A DNA stretch of 51,515 nt from Acidimicrobiales bacterium. GTDB lineage: Bacteria > Actinomycetota > Acidimicrobiia > Acidimicrobiales > Bog-793. Every line of letters starts with the position of its first letter. Position 1 is the first letter of the stretch. A program made the position numbers and the translations under genes. The stretch covers positions 1 to 51,515 of the forward strand of contig JBOGHY010000036.1 in assembly GCA_050742375.1 (NCBI GenBank). Reading direction: 5' to 3'. The notes beneath the pieces were generated by a model. That model did not search any database. It was given only the letters and a program-made list of their open reading frames with translations, and was not told the origin of the DNA. Below, one piece after another: positions 1 to 8,964 of the stretch.

Positions 1-90
1 ATCCCTTACGAAATGGGCGGTTGGTGCCATCGTGCCCTCATTCGAGCTCGATCGCGAGCACCCTTGAGCTAGGAAGTACCTGCTCAGGGG

Positions 91-369
91 CTATTGTTTG
101 ACATCGTTTTTCAGGGCGAAGTAGCTAGAGCTGGGCACCCCGCCCGCCGGAACCCGGCCAGGAGAGACCCATGCCCCGAGCAGTCGCTCGACGGAGACAG
201 CAATCTCACTGACGGCCACCTCGAAAGCCTCGTCGTTCGCTCGGCTCGGCTTTCTCGACCCCGACACCTTTCTCACGAACTGCAGGGCCGCGCGACGGAT
301 CTCCTCGCTCGACGCCGGCGCGGGGTCGCTCGAGTCGGGTCGCTGCAGCCGCACGATGCTCCTGCACAT
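91..369 (-). CDS. DUF2277 domain-containing protein
   Basis: ATG at 369. N-terminus MCRSIVRLQ...EEIRRAALQFVRKVSGSRKPSRANDEAFEVAV matches the conserved DUF2277 signature as I remember it. Confidence 0.7.
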   Translation of the reverse strand: MCRSIVRLQRPDSSDPAPASSEEIRRAALQFVRKVSGSRKPSRANDEAFEVAVSEIAVSVERLLGAWVSPGRVPAGGVPSSSYFALKNDVKQ

Positions 370-465
370 CTCGGGCCTCCTTGGTCGCTCGGGATATGGC
401 CGCCGGGGGGTCGCGGCGGCTCGGACTCGCTCCTGGGCTCGCTCCGGGCTCGCCTCGCGCCGGGC

Positions 466-1218
466 TCAGAGCGGGTCGGTGGACGGGCGCCCAGAGTCGA
501 AGACATGCTCGCTCCAGCGCTCCGAATCCCACCAGCGCAGCTCGTGGCGACCCATCGGGTCGGGGTGCCAGCCCGCCGGCACGGCAGGTGCGGCAGGTGC
601 GGCCTCTGTATCGGCTGGTTGCCCTGTCCGAGCCTCCGAGTGCGCGCCGGGCATCGACAGGGATCCGGAGTCCTCGTGGCCCTGGGTCCAGGGCGCATCG
701 CCCCAGCCTGGGCCGTCAGCACCTGCCGGGGAGGGCGCCGAGATGCCCGTCGGCCGCACCGTCGCGTACCCGTAGCCACCCATCTTCAGGCCGTAGCCGG
801 TGGCCACCGAGGGCCCGAGGTACCGTGCGCTGCCAAAGCCGAGCATCGGAAAGAAGACGAAGGAGAAGACGAGCAGCCCGAGGGTGTAGCCGAACCCCTT
901 GCCGAAGCTCCTGGCAAGGTCGTAGCAGAGCACGATCGCCACGACCAGGTTGACGAACGGGATGAGATAGAGGAGGACCCACCAGCCCGAGCGCCCGACG
1001 ATCTTGAAGAGCACGTAGGTGTTGTAGATGGGCACGATGGACGCCCATCCGGGCCGGCCCGCCTTCTGGAAGATCCTCCACATCGCGGCCACCTCGAAGA
1101 TGAGCAGCAGGATGAAGACGACGATCGCACCGGCGCCGATGCCGCCAGAGACGGTGGTCTGCACGACCGCGGACAGGCCCATCTCCTCCCCCGTATCTCC
1201 GGCGCCCCTCGCCGTCAT
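466..1218 (-). CDS. Membrane protein with a DUF5684-like TM region and a C-terminal DUF2510 motif
   Basis: TM core WRIFQKAGRPGWASIVPIYNTYVLFKIVGRSGWW and C-terminal GWHPDPMGRHELRWWDSERWSEHV. The upstream part of ORF 466..1749 is antisense noise over the neighbouring gene. The start is ATG 1218 or ATG 1182 (GGGAGGAG sits directly upstream of 1182). Confidence 0.6.
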   Translation of the reverse strand: MTARGAGDTGEEMGLSAVVQTTVSGGIGAGAIVVFILLLIFEVAAMWRIFQKAGRPGWASIVPIYNTYVLFKIVGRSGWWVLLYLIPFVNLVVAIVLCYDLARSFGKGFGYTLGLLVFSFVFFPMLGFGSARYLGPSVATGYGLKMGGYGYATVRPTGISAPSPAGADGPGWGDAPWTQGHEDSGSLSMPGAHSEARTGQPADTEAAPAAPAVPAGWHPDPMGRHELRWWDSERWSEHVFDSGRPSTDPL

Positions 1219-1269
1219 ATCCAGGCTAGTTGTCCGGCTCTCGCCCCGGGGTGTTCCTCGCTCCCCCGC

Positions 1270-2037
1270 ATGATCAATAATGGTCCCGTGGCCAATCTTG
1301 GCGACCCCCACCTGCGCGCGTCGGACGAAGAGCGTTCCGCCGTCGCCGATGAGCTCGGCACTCACTTCACCGAGGGGCGCCTCGACCAAGGCGAATTCGA
1401 CGAGCGCCTCCGCCTCGCCATGACGGCCAAGACCCGCGGGGACCTCTCGGGGCTCCTCTCCGATCTGCCGGGCCCGCCTCCTCCGGTGCCGGCGGCGCCG
1501 AAGGTGCCCTGGTGGAACTGCTGGATCAATCCGAGCGGGAAACGACTGCCGCCCCTCACGGCGTGCGTCATCGTGGCGGGCATCGTCATCATCGCGACGG
1601 GCCACTCTTGGGGAGCTGCCTTCCTCGTGGTCGTGGTCATCGCCCTCGGGCGGATGCGGCGGCGGAGGCGCTACGCCCGCTGGCACTCCCACATGCACGA
1701 GCACGGCCTCGCCCACACCCACGAGGGGCTGCCCGTGCCGGAGATGCACCAGCTAACTCCCGGACACCTCTCGAGCGCGCAGCCGGCGCCACCGCCGGTA
1801 GGACCGGCCTACCCGGCGCCCCCGTACTCTTCGGCCGGCTGGCCGATGGCATCACCTTTCCCTCCGGGCCGACCGATGGCGCCTCCGCCGGCGGTCCCGC
1901 CCGCGTCACCGCCCCCGCCGGTACCGCCTCCCCCCGCCTCTCCTCCCCCCGCCTCTCCTCCCCCCGCCTCTCCTCCGCAGGCCTCTCCTCCCCCCGCGTC
2001 TCCTCCGCAGGCCCCACCCACCTATCCCCCCGCCTGA
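1270..2037 (+). CDS. DUF1707 (SHOCT-like) domain membrane protein with a Pro/Ser-rich repeat tail
   Basis: ATG at 1270 is in frame with ORF 94..2037. It carries LRASDEERSAVADELGTHFTEGRLDQGEFDERLRLAMTAKTRGDL, one TM segment, and then (PPPAS)n. Confidence 0.65.
   Translation: MINNGPVANLGDPHLRASDEERSAVADELGTHFTEGRLDQGEFDERLRLAMTAKTRGDLSGLLSDLPGPPPPVPAAPKVPWWNCWINPSGKRLPPLTACVIVAGIVIIATGHSWGAAFLVVVVIALGRMRRRRRYARWHSHMHEHGLAHTHEGLPVPEMHQLTPGHLSSAQPAPPPVGPAYPAPPYSSAGWPMASPFPPGRPMAPPPAVPPASPPPPVPPPPASPPPASPPPASPPQASPPPASPPQAPPTYPPA
1921..2010 (+). repeat. In-frame 15-bp tandem repeat (gcctctcctcccccc/gcctctcctccgcag), 5 full units plus 1 degenerate unit
   Basis: Read directly. Units lie at 1936-1950, 1951-1965, 1966-1980, 1981-1995 and 1996-2010, encoding ASPPP/ASPPQ. 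Confidence 0.85.
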
Positions 2038-2117
2038 CGAGCCGCGCTTGGGGCGCCGTGCCTATCACGGCGCAACCGCGCAACCGCAGATGTTCACCCC
2101 TTACTATCGTACGGCGA

Positions 2118-2123
2118 TATAAT
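2118..2123 (+). promoter_or_regulatory. Candidate -10 box (perfect TATAAT) upstream of the small membrane protein gene
   Basis: tataat at 2118-2123 is followed by aagagg (Shine-Dalgarno-like) and GTG 2135 / ATG 2138. No good -35 is present. Confidence 0.3.
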
Positions 2124-2134
2124 CTCTGAAAGAG

Positions 2135-2452
2135 GTGATGTCGGCCGTCGAGCCGACTCGAAGAAGTGGCGAGAAGGGAAGCATCGTGCTTTTGGAGATC
2201 GTGGTCGGAGTGCTGATCGTGGCGTTGGGACTAGCCACCATGGTGATGGCGATCGTGGGGCTCGGCGGCATGATCGGAGCAGTTCGCATCGTACGTTGCG
2301 CCAATTGCCGCCACCTCGTCATCTCCTCGGGGACAACGGTGGTCAGCTCCTGCTCGAGCTGCCGCCACCCTGTGCTCCATCACCCGATCCACGCCCTGCA
2401 CGACGTGCACATCGTCGGGCATGCGGCTCGAAACGACTGCCGCGCAGACTGA
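2135..2452 (+). CDS. Hypothetical small membrane protein with a CxxC...CxxC zinc-ribbon-like tail
   Basis: Hydrophobic segment LLEIVVGVLIVALGLATMVMAIVGLGGMIGAV followed by CANCRH...CSSCRH. Alternative starts are ATG 2138 or GTG near 2186. Confidence 0.45.
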   Translation: MMSAVEPTRRSGEKGSIVLLEIVVGVLIVALGLATMVMAIVGLGGMIGAVRIVRCANCRHLVISSGTTVVSSCSSCRHPVLHHPIHALHDVHIVGHAARNDCRAD

Positions 2453-2455
2453 AGC

Positions 2456-3343
2456 TCAGCCGGCGGCGCCTTCCGAGCGCGCTCTTCCGCCGCTCGATGA
2501 CGACGACCTCTTGCCGGACCTCCCGCTCAGCACGTCTCGAAGCACCGCCGCCCCGGAGCGCTCGAGGTCGCGGGTAGCCGTCACCAGGACGAGCCGGGAG
2601 CCTGCCGCACGAGCCCGAAGATCATCCACCTCGGCCCGCGCCGGCGCCTGGCCGAGCTCGGCACGGTAACGGCGCGCGAATTCCTGGAATCGTTCCGGCA
2701 CGTGCCCGTACCAGGTCCGCAGCTCGGCAGTCGGGGCCGCGTCCTTCGCCCACTCCGAGAACGGTGCCCGACTCTTCGAGATGCCCCGTGGCCAGAGGCG
2801 GTCGACGAGGATGTGGACGCCAGGAGCCGTAGAGGGCTCGCCGTACACGCGGGCGATGCGGACGCCTGGTTCGAGAGCTTCGGCGCTCCGGTCCTCGGGC
2901 TCCGGGGGGTCGATGGAGGCAAACCCGTGCGTCGTCTGAACTGGTGCCAGCCCCGCGGAGAGCTCGGCGAGCTCGGGCGCCATACGTTCGAGCTCTTCGA
3001 GATGGAGCGTCGAGAGCTGCTCGAGGCGTCTAGCCCCCAGTTTCGTGAGCCTGAGCCGCACGACGCGGTGGTCGTCGGTATCGCGCACGCGGGTCACCAG
3101 CCCGGCGACGTCCGCCCGGTCGATCAGGCCGACGGTGCTGTGGTGGCGGAGCAACAGGTAGTCGGCGACCTCTCCCACCGTCGGTCCCCTCGGGTCGTCA
3201 TGGCCTCGGATGGAGAGGAGCAGCTGATGGTGCGCCGGGGTGAGGCCGGCACGGCGGGCCTGCTGCTGGCTCCAACGCTCGAAGTGCCGCAGGTTGGTCC
3301 GCAGCCCGAGGAGGTGGGCATAAGCGGCGTCGGGCAGCGGCAT
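2456..3343 (-). CDS. MarR-family transcriptional regulator fused to a DUF488 domain
   Basis: The N-terminal half is a winged-helix MarR (LTPAHHQLLLSIRGH...TVGEVADYLLLRHHSTVGLIDRADVAGLVTRVRDTDDHRVVRLRLT). The C-terminal half is DUF488-like (VRIARVY...LVDRLWPRGISK...WAKDAAPTAELRTWYGH). Confidence 0.8.
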   Translation of the reverse strand: MPLPDAAYAHLLGLRTNLRHFERWSQQQARRAGLTPAHHQLLLSIRGHDDPRGPTVGEVADYLLLRHHSTVGLIDRADVAGLVTRVRDTDDHRVVRLRLTKLGARRLEQLSTLHLEELERMAPELAELSAGLAPVQTTHGFASIDPPEPEDRSAEALEPGVRIARVYGEPSTAPGVHILVDRLWPRGISKSRAPFSEWAKDAAPTAELRTWYGHVPERFQEFARRYRAELGQAPARAEVDDLRARAAGSRLVLVTATRDLERSGAAVLRDVLSGRSGKRSSSSSGGRARSEGAAG

Positions 3344-3353
3344 GGCATCAGGC

Positions 3354-3370
3354 TAACCGCAATGCGATTA
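3354..3370. promoter_or_regulatory. 17-bp imperfect palindrome TAACCGCA-A-TGCGATTA, candidate MarR operator
   Basis: Seven of 8 arm positions are complementary. It lies 11 bp upstream of the MarR-DUF488 start, in the 112-bp divergent spacer shared with the amidase gene. Confidence 0.35.
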
Positions 3371-3455
3371 TGTCGTACTAGGAGTGGGACCCGCGGCGTA
3401 GGGCTCGTTCCGATCACGCCCCGATCTCGGTCACCGGCGGACCTACAGTGCCCAG

Positions 3456-4913
3456 GTGGACGACGAGCTTGCCTTTCTCGACGCCACCGCCCAGGCGCAG
3501 CTGATCCGGCGTGGCGAGCTGTCTCCGGCCGAAGCGGTGAAAGCCGCGATCGACCGCATCGAGTCGCTCGACGGGGCGATGAACGCTGTCATCCACCGCC
3601 GCTTCGAGGCGGCACTCGCCGAGTGCGAGAGGGGCTTGCCGGTCGAAGCGCCTTTCCGAGGCGTCCCGTTGCTCGTGAAGGATCTCTCGGCGGACTCCGC
3701 CGGTGATCCAGCCCACCAGGGGTCGAGAGTGCTGCGCGACGCCGGGCACGTTGCCACAGCCGACTCTTGGCTCGTCGGGCGCTACCGGAGGGCGGGCTTC
3801 GTCATCGTCGGTCGTACCAATACCCCTGAGCTCGGCCTCACTGCGGTCACCGAGCCGCTCGCCTACGGCCCCACCCGCAATCCGTGGGATCTCGAGCGCT
3901 CGCCCGGTGGCTCGAGCGGCGGCTCCGCCGCGGCGGTGGCGGCGGGGCTGTGCCCCGTGGCGCACGGTAGTGACGGCGGTGGATCGATCAGGATCCCGGC
4001 CAGCATGTGCGGCCTCGTCGGCCTCAAGACGTCCAGGGGCCGGACCACGATGGGACCGGACCGTGACGAGAGCGGCCTGTCGGTACAGCACGTCCTCACG
4101 CGGTCTGTGCGCGACACAGCCGCAGTGCTTGACGCCACCGCCGGCCCCGGACTGGGCGATGCCGTTAGCGCCCCACCACCCTCGCAGCCCTACTCGACCG
4201 AGGTCGAGCGGAGGCCGGAACCACTCCGCGTGGCTCTCCTCGCCCATAATCCCCGCGGAGATCTCCACCCTTTCTGCGAGCAAGCCGCCCACCACAGCGC
4301 CGAGATCCTCGAATCCCTGGGCCACCACGTCGAGGAGTCCTATCCGAAGGTGCTGGACGACCCCACGGTCGGCAGGCGGTTCCTCGCAAGATGGTCTGTC
4401 AATGCCGCCCTCGGCGTCGCCGCCCTCGGCGAGCTCGCCGGTCGCGAGCTCGGGCCTGGTGACGTCGAGCCGCTCACATGGGCCTACGCCGAGCAGGGGC
4501 ACCGCACGAGCGGTTTCGACTACGCGCTCGCGCTGGCCGCCTCCTCCCGCTTCACGAGGGAGATGGCGAGCTTCTGGGAGAGCTTCGACGTCCTCGTCAC
4601 CCCCACCCTCGGTGAGCCGCCGCCGCTCGTCGGCGAGCTCACACCTCCGGCCAACGACCCGTTCGGGACCCAGGACCGGATCTCGGCCCTCGTGCCGTTC
4701 ACGACCCACTTCAACGTCACGGGCCAGCCGGCCATCTCGCTGCCCCTATTTTGGAGCGACGACCACCTGCCCGTCGGGACCCAGTTCGTCGCTGCCTACG
4801 GCCGCGAGGATCTGCTCATCTCGCTGGCCGCACCGCTGGAGGAGCCCGAGCCGTGGGCCGCCCGCCGCCCTCCGCAGCCCTTCGGTGCGGGCGGCGGGCG
4901 GCCCAAAGGTTGA
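3456..4913 (+). CDS. Amidase (amidase-signature family)
   Basis: GTG start. Contains the AS signature GGSSGGSAAAVAAGL...GSDGGGSIRIPA and a typical N-terminus LDATAQAQLIRRGELSPAE. Confidence 0.9.
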   Translation: MDDELAFLDATAQAQLIRRGELSPAEAVKAAIDRIESLDGAMNAVIHRRFEAALAECERGLPVEAPFRGVPLLVKDLSADSAGDPAHQGSRVLRDAGHVATADSWLVGRYRRAGFVIVGRTNTPELGLTAVTEPLAYGPTRNPWDLERSPGGSSGGSAAAVAAGLCPVAHGSDGGGSIRIPASMCGLVGLKTSRGRTTMGPDRDESGLSVQHVLTRSVRDTAAVLDATAGPGLGDAVSAPPPSQPYSTEVERRPEPLRVALLAHNPRGDLHPFCEQAAHHSAEILESLGHHVEESYPKVLDDPTVGRRFLARWSVNAALGVAALGELAGRELGPGDVEPLTWAYAEQGHRTSGFDYALALAASSRFTREMASFWESFDVLVTPTLGEPPPLVGELTPPANDPFGTQDRISALVPFTTHFNVTGQPAISLPLFWSDDHLPVGTQFVAAYGREDLLISLAAPLEEPEPWAARRPPQPFGAGGGRPKG

Positions 4914-4962
4914 GCCCCGCGCCGTCGGCGAGGCAACCTGGCCTCGCCACCGCCGTTCCACC

Positions 4963-5988
4963 TCAGTTAAAGGCGCCGTCGTTCAGAAGGACTGCGGCTC
5001 CACGGATCTCGCCGTTGGCGAGGTCCCTCAAGGCGTCGTTCGCCCGCAACATCGGGTAGGGCGCCGTGGTGGGCCGCAGCCCGATCCGGACTGCGGCGTC
5101 GAGTAGCTCGACGCCGTCTTGCCGGGTATTGGCGGCCACGCTGCGGACGTCCTTCTCCCCGAAGAGATGGGCGGCATAGCTGAGCGGCGGGATGTCGCTC
5201 AGGTGCACGCCCGCGACTACGAGGGTGCCTCCCCGGTCGAGGGCCTCTAGGCAGCGTGGCACGACCTCGCCCGCCGGGGCGAACAGGATCGCAGAGTCGA
5301 GCGGTTGGGGTGGGCGGCTCTCGGCCCCCTGGGCCGTCGAGGCTCCCAGATCGACGGCGAGCGCACGGGCGGCGGCCGAGCGCGTGACGACGTGCACACG
5401 GGCACCACGAGCAACCGCCAGCTGCAGAGTCAGGTGAGCCGAGGCACCGAAGCCATAAAGACCGAGACGGCCGCCCTCGGGCAGGTTGGCCCGGCAGAGC
5501 GCCCGGTACCCGATGATTCCGGCGCACAAAAGTGGAGCGACCTGCTCGTCGGAGAGCTCGTCGGGAAGTGCGTAGCAGTAGTCCTCGTCGGCGACGGCGT
5601 ACTCGGCAAAGCCACCGTCTCGATGCCATCCGGTGAAGGTCGGCTCGAGACAGAGGTTCTCGCTGCCATCGGCGCAGAACCGGCAGGATCCGCAGGTGCG
5701 ACCGAGCCAGGCGATCCCGACGCGATCTCCCAGTTGGAAGCGGACGGCGCCGTGGCCGACATCGTCAACGATGCCGACGACCTCGTGGCCTGGGGCGATC
5801 AAGCGGCGCTGGGGCGGGAGGTCGCCCTCGGCGAGATGCAGGTCGGTCCGGCACACCCCACAGGCGCGGACGCGAACTCTCACCTGGCTCGGGCCGGGCT
5901 CGGGCAGCGGGCGCTCGATGAGATGGAGAGGGTGCGAGTCGATAGGGCCGGGGAACTCGACGGCGAAGGCGTGCATGCTCGGCGTCAC
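4963..5988 (-). CDS. Zinc-dependent alcohol dehydrogenase (MDR family)
   Basis: CGVCRTDLHLAEGDL, structural-zinc cysteines CGSCRFCADGSENLC, and Rossmann motif LYGFGASAHL. Confidence 0.9.
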   Translation of the reverse strand: MTPSMHAFAVEFPGPIDSHPLHLIERPLPEPGPSQVRVRVRACGVCRTDLHLAEGDLPPQRRLIAPGHEVVGIVDDVGHGAVRFQLGDRVGIAWLGRTCGSCRFCADGSENLCLEPTFTGWHRDGGFAEYAVADEDYCYALPDELSDEQVAPLLCAGIIGYRALCRANLPEGGRLGLYGFGASAHLTLQLAVARGARVHVVTRSAAARALAVDLGASTAQGAESRPPQPLDSAILFAPAGEVVPRCLEALDRGGTLVVAGVHLSDIPPLSYAAHLFGEKDVRSVAANTRQDGVELLDAAVRIGLRPTTAPYPMLRANDALRDLANGEIRGAAVLLNDGAFN

Positions 5989-6034
5989 AAGAGAAGCGTC
6001 ACATATGGCTCGCGGGTCGGCAACGCCGGCCGGT

Positions 6035-6847
6035 TCAACTTTCGCCGAGGCCCGATCCGTAACGCTCGTCCCGCCAGCCGAGCGCCCGCTTCAGGCCCTC
6101 CGAGGCGACGATCCGGTCGAACTCCCGCTGCTCGGGCGACTCGGCGGCGTTGAGGATCGCCGACAGGTCGAGGTTGTGAGCGACGGCCTCGTTAAGACCG
6201 GCAGCCTGGAACGCCCGAACGAGCGAAAGCTTGGTCATCTTCAGTACCGGGAGAGGGGCGAGAGCGATCCGCTCGGCAAGTCGGCGCGCTTCGGTCTCGA
6301 GCTGTTCACCCGAGACGACGCGGTTCACGAAGCCGAGCCGTTGCGCCTCGACTGCATCAACGGTGTCTCCCGTGAACAGCAGCTCGTTCGTCTTTTTCTG
6401 GCCGATCACGAACGGCATGAGGAGGGTGACCGGCCCCGAGCCGTAGCGGATCTCCGGCTCGCCGAAGCGGGCGTCGTCTGCCGCTACCACGAGGTCGCAG
6501 GCCATTGCGAGCTCGCAGCCTCCTGCGAGGCACCATCCGCGCACCACTGCCATCGTCGGCTTGGGAAAGGCCCACAGCTCCATCGTCATGGCGACGTCAC
6601 GAGAGAGGGTCTCGTGCCAGGAGCAGGCATTCTCTCCGTCGGCTTCTTCGGTCAGGTCGTAGCCGGCAGAGAAGGAGGCACCCGCTCCGCGCAACATGAG
6701 GACCTTCGTCTCGTCGTCCTCGGCGACCTCTCTGAGCAGGCCCTGGAGCTGGTAAACCACCGCGTGGCTTAGGGCGTTGAGCTTGTCGGGTCGATTGATC
6801 GTGCAAGTCCCGATACTGCCCGTCCGTTCGAAGGTCACGAGATCCAC
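6035..6847 (-). CDS. Enoyl-CoA hydratase/isomerase (crotonase) family protein
   Basis: TINRPDKLNAL...LRGAGASFSAGYDL...PKPTMAVVRGWCLAGGCELAMACD. The GTG 6847 start overlaps the upstream stop by 13 nt. ATG 6889 is an alternative start. Confidence 0.8.
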   Translation of the reverse strand: MDLVTFERTGSIGTCTINRPDKLNALSHAVVYQLQGLLREVAEDDETKVLMLRGAGASFSAGYDLTEEADGENACSWHETLSRDVAMTMELWAFPKPTMAVVRGWCLAGGCELAMACDLVVAADDARFGEPEIRYGSGPVTLLMPFVIGQKKTNELLFTGDTVDAVEAQRLGFVNRVVSGEQLETEARRLAERIALAPLPVLKMTKLSLVRAFQAAGLNEAVAHNLDLSAILNAAESPEQREFDRIVASEGLKRALGWRDERYGSGLGES

Positions 6848-8964
6848 TGGCCGACGTCCTCTCCTTCTCTCACCGAATCGACAGCGCATTCCTCGACGAC
6901 GACGAGGCCATCGACGGCGATCACCTCGTCGCCCCGGACCACAAGGGGGTTCACGTCCGCCGAGACGATGTTGGGATGCTCGTGGGCGAGCGAGGAGAGA
7001 CCAAGGAGCACGCGCATCACCTTGGATCGGGCCGCAGGGGCCAGGAGCCCCGCCAGTCCCGGTACCGAGCAAATGAGGTCGTCCGCCCGCGCGCCGTCGA
7101 GCGGTCCGAGGGCGCGGGCGACGATGCCAACCGCCTCTGCGACGGCGCCACCGAGACCGACGACAAGGATGGGCCCGTAGGCCGCGTCACGATGTACGCC
7201 ACAGATAACCTCGACGCCCGGGGGCACCTGCGAGGCGACGAGGACCGGGCCGCCCATGGCCGCAGCCGCCTGTTCCACCTCAGCACGATTGCGCAGCCCG
7301 AGGATCACACCCCCGATAGCCTGTTTGTGGGCGGGGCCGTCGATCTTGAGCACCACCGGAAAGCCGAGCACCTCTGCGGCGTCGGCGGCGGCATCGGGCG
7401 ACGCCGCCCGTAGGTGGCGGGCAGAGGGCACCCCGTAGCGTTCCAACACGGCGGTGGACTCGTGCTCGGACATCGCACCCGGACGCAGCAGGTCCGAAAG
7501 TACCACCTTCGACGCGGGAGGAGCCGGAGCCGGCCGAAGCGGTCTCCAGGCGGCGGCCATCGCAAGGGCTTTCGAGGCCGCTCGCGCTCCCCGCAAGAGG
7601 GCGATGTCCTCCAGCTGGGCCAGAGCCGCAATCTCCGCCGGCGGGTCGTTCATCTGCGAGGAGATGACGGCGGGGAAGACGTCCCGGCCCCGGACGGCGT
7701 CCGCCAAGCCCCGTACGATGGCGGCGCACCAGTCGTTGTCGCCATGGCTGCGATACTGGGTCAGATCCACTTGTGCGACAAGGATGTCGTACCGTCCAGA
7801 GTCGGCGAGGAGCTCGAGGCAGCGCGGAAAGACTCGCTCCGGCTCATCGATGGCCCAGGCGTCGACCGGGTTCTGGGCAGGATCGAAGTTCGGGAACTCG
7901 TCGGCGAGCCTGCCGGCGAGCAGATCTGGCAACGGTTCGACGTCGAGCCCGGCAGCATCGGCATGGTCGGCGAGCAACTCCGCCTCCCCTCCGGACTCGC
8001 ACACCGCCGCAAGTCGCCGTCCTTTGAGCCGCCTCTTTCGCCCGAGGACCTCGAGCACCTCGACCAGATCAGGCAGCTCCTCGACCTCGATGATGCCGTG
8101 AGCCGACAAAAAGGCCGAGCACGCCTCGGCGGAACCCACGAGCGCTCCGGTATGGGCGAGAGCCACGCCGGCTGCGGTCTTCGACCGGCCCACCTTCAAG
8201 CAGGCGACCGGCTTCCCGGCTTCGGCACAGGCCACGAGCGCCGCCGAGAGGGAGGCTGGGCGGCGAATGGACTCGAGGAAGAGCCCCACAGCCGTCGTCT
8301 CGGGATCCTTGGCAAAGTGCGCGACGAAGTCGGCGGCGTCGCGGGCAACCTCGCCGCCAGAGGAGACGATGAAGCGGAACCCGACACGGCCGCCGAGGGC
8401 GGCGAGACCCTCGGCGACCGAGCCGGACTGGGCAACGACCGAGACGGCGCCGCGACGGAGAGTCTCCGGCAGGCTGCCGATCCAGAGCGAGACCCCGCCC
8501 GTGTTGGCGAAGCCCATGCAGTTCGGACCGAGAACCGCCGTGCCTGCGTCGGCCGCCAGCCTGCCGAGCTCCGTCAGTATCTCTCCTGCTTCGCGCCCGG
8601 CCTCGGCCCCGAGCCCGGGGACGACGAGCGCCCCCACGCCCGTCTTGACGGCGGCCGTCGCCGCCTCGAGCAGCCGACGATGACCGACGAGCATCACGGC
8701 GACATCGGGACGGTCGGGAAGATCAGCTATCGATCCGAAGCACGTGCGGCCGAGCACCGAGCGACGCCTCGGGTTCACCACGAACGCGGGCACCCTCGAG
8801 GCAAAGACCTCCTCGACGATTTCCCCGGTCCTGTCGTTCGCTCCGACGAGTGCGATCGAGCGCGGTTCGAGAAGCGGCGTCACCCCTCGCAGAGTCGCGT
8901 CCTCGGCCGGCACGACCATCTCGCTGTCAAGTCGGCTTATGGAATCAGCCCTCAGTCCAACCAC
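6835..8964 (-). CDS. ADP-forming acyl-CoA synthetase (CoA-binding, CoA-ligase and ATP-grasp domains fused)
   Basis: N-terminal LLEPRSIALVGANDRTG, central GPNCMGF...VSVVAQSG, and a C-terminal ATP-grasp region. The start is GTG 8964 or ATG 8919. Confidence 0.85.
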   Translation of the reverse strand: MVGLRADSISRLDSEMVVPAEDATLRGVTPLLEPRSIALVGANDRTGEIVEEVFASRVPAFVVNPRRRSVLGRTCFGSIADLPDRPDVAVMLVGHRRLLEAATAAVKTGVGALVVPGLGAEAGREAGEILTELGRLAADAGTAVLGPNCMGFANTGGVSLWIGSLPETLRRGAVSVVAQSGSVAEGLAALGGRVGFRFIVSSGGEVARDAADFVAHFAKDPETTAVGLFLESIRRPASLSAALVACAEAGKPVACLKVGRSKTAAGVALAHTGALVGSAEACSAFLSAHGIIEVEELPDLVEVLEVLGRKRRLKGRRLAAVCESGGEAELLADHADAAGLDVEPLPDLLAGRLADEFPNFDPAQNPVDAWAIDEPERVFPRCLELLADSGRYDILVAQVDLTQYRSHGDNDWCAAIVRGLADAVRGRDVFPAVISSQMNDPPAEIAALAQLEDIALLRGARAASKALAMAAAWRPLRPAPAPPASKVVLSDLLRPGAMSEHESTAVLERYGVPSARHLRAASPDAAADAAEVLGFPVVLKIDGPAHKQAIGGVILGLRNRAEVEQAAAAMGGPVLVASQVPPGVEVICGVHRDAAYGPILVVGLGGAVAEAVGIVARALGPLDGARADDLICSVPGLAGLLAPAARSKVMRVLLGLSSLAHEHPNIVSADVNPLVVRGDEVIAVDGLVVVEECAVDSVREGEDVGQWIS

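Noticed and set aside
1-90. Possible 3' end of a gene entering from the left edge
   Set aside because: Two plus-strand frames end at 64-69, but the 20-odd residues carry no recognisable motif. There is too little sequence to call.
94-2037. 647-aa ORF spanning the first 2 kb on the plus strand
   Set aside because: Only the last 255 codons (from ATG 1270) have protein-like features (DUF1707). The upstream part is Arg/Gly/Pro-rich and lies antisense to two well-supported minus-strand genes. This is a typical high-GC open frame.
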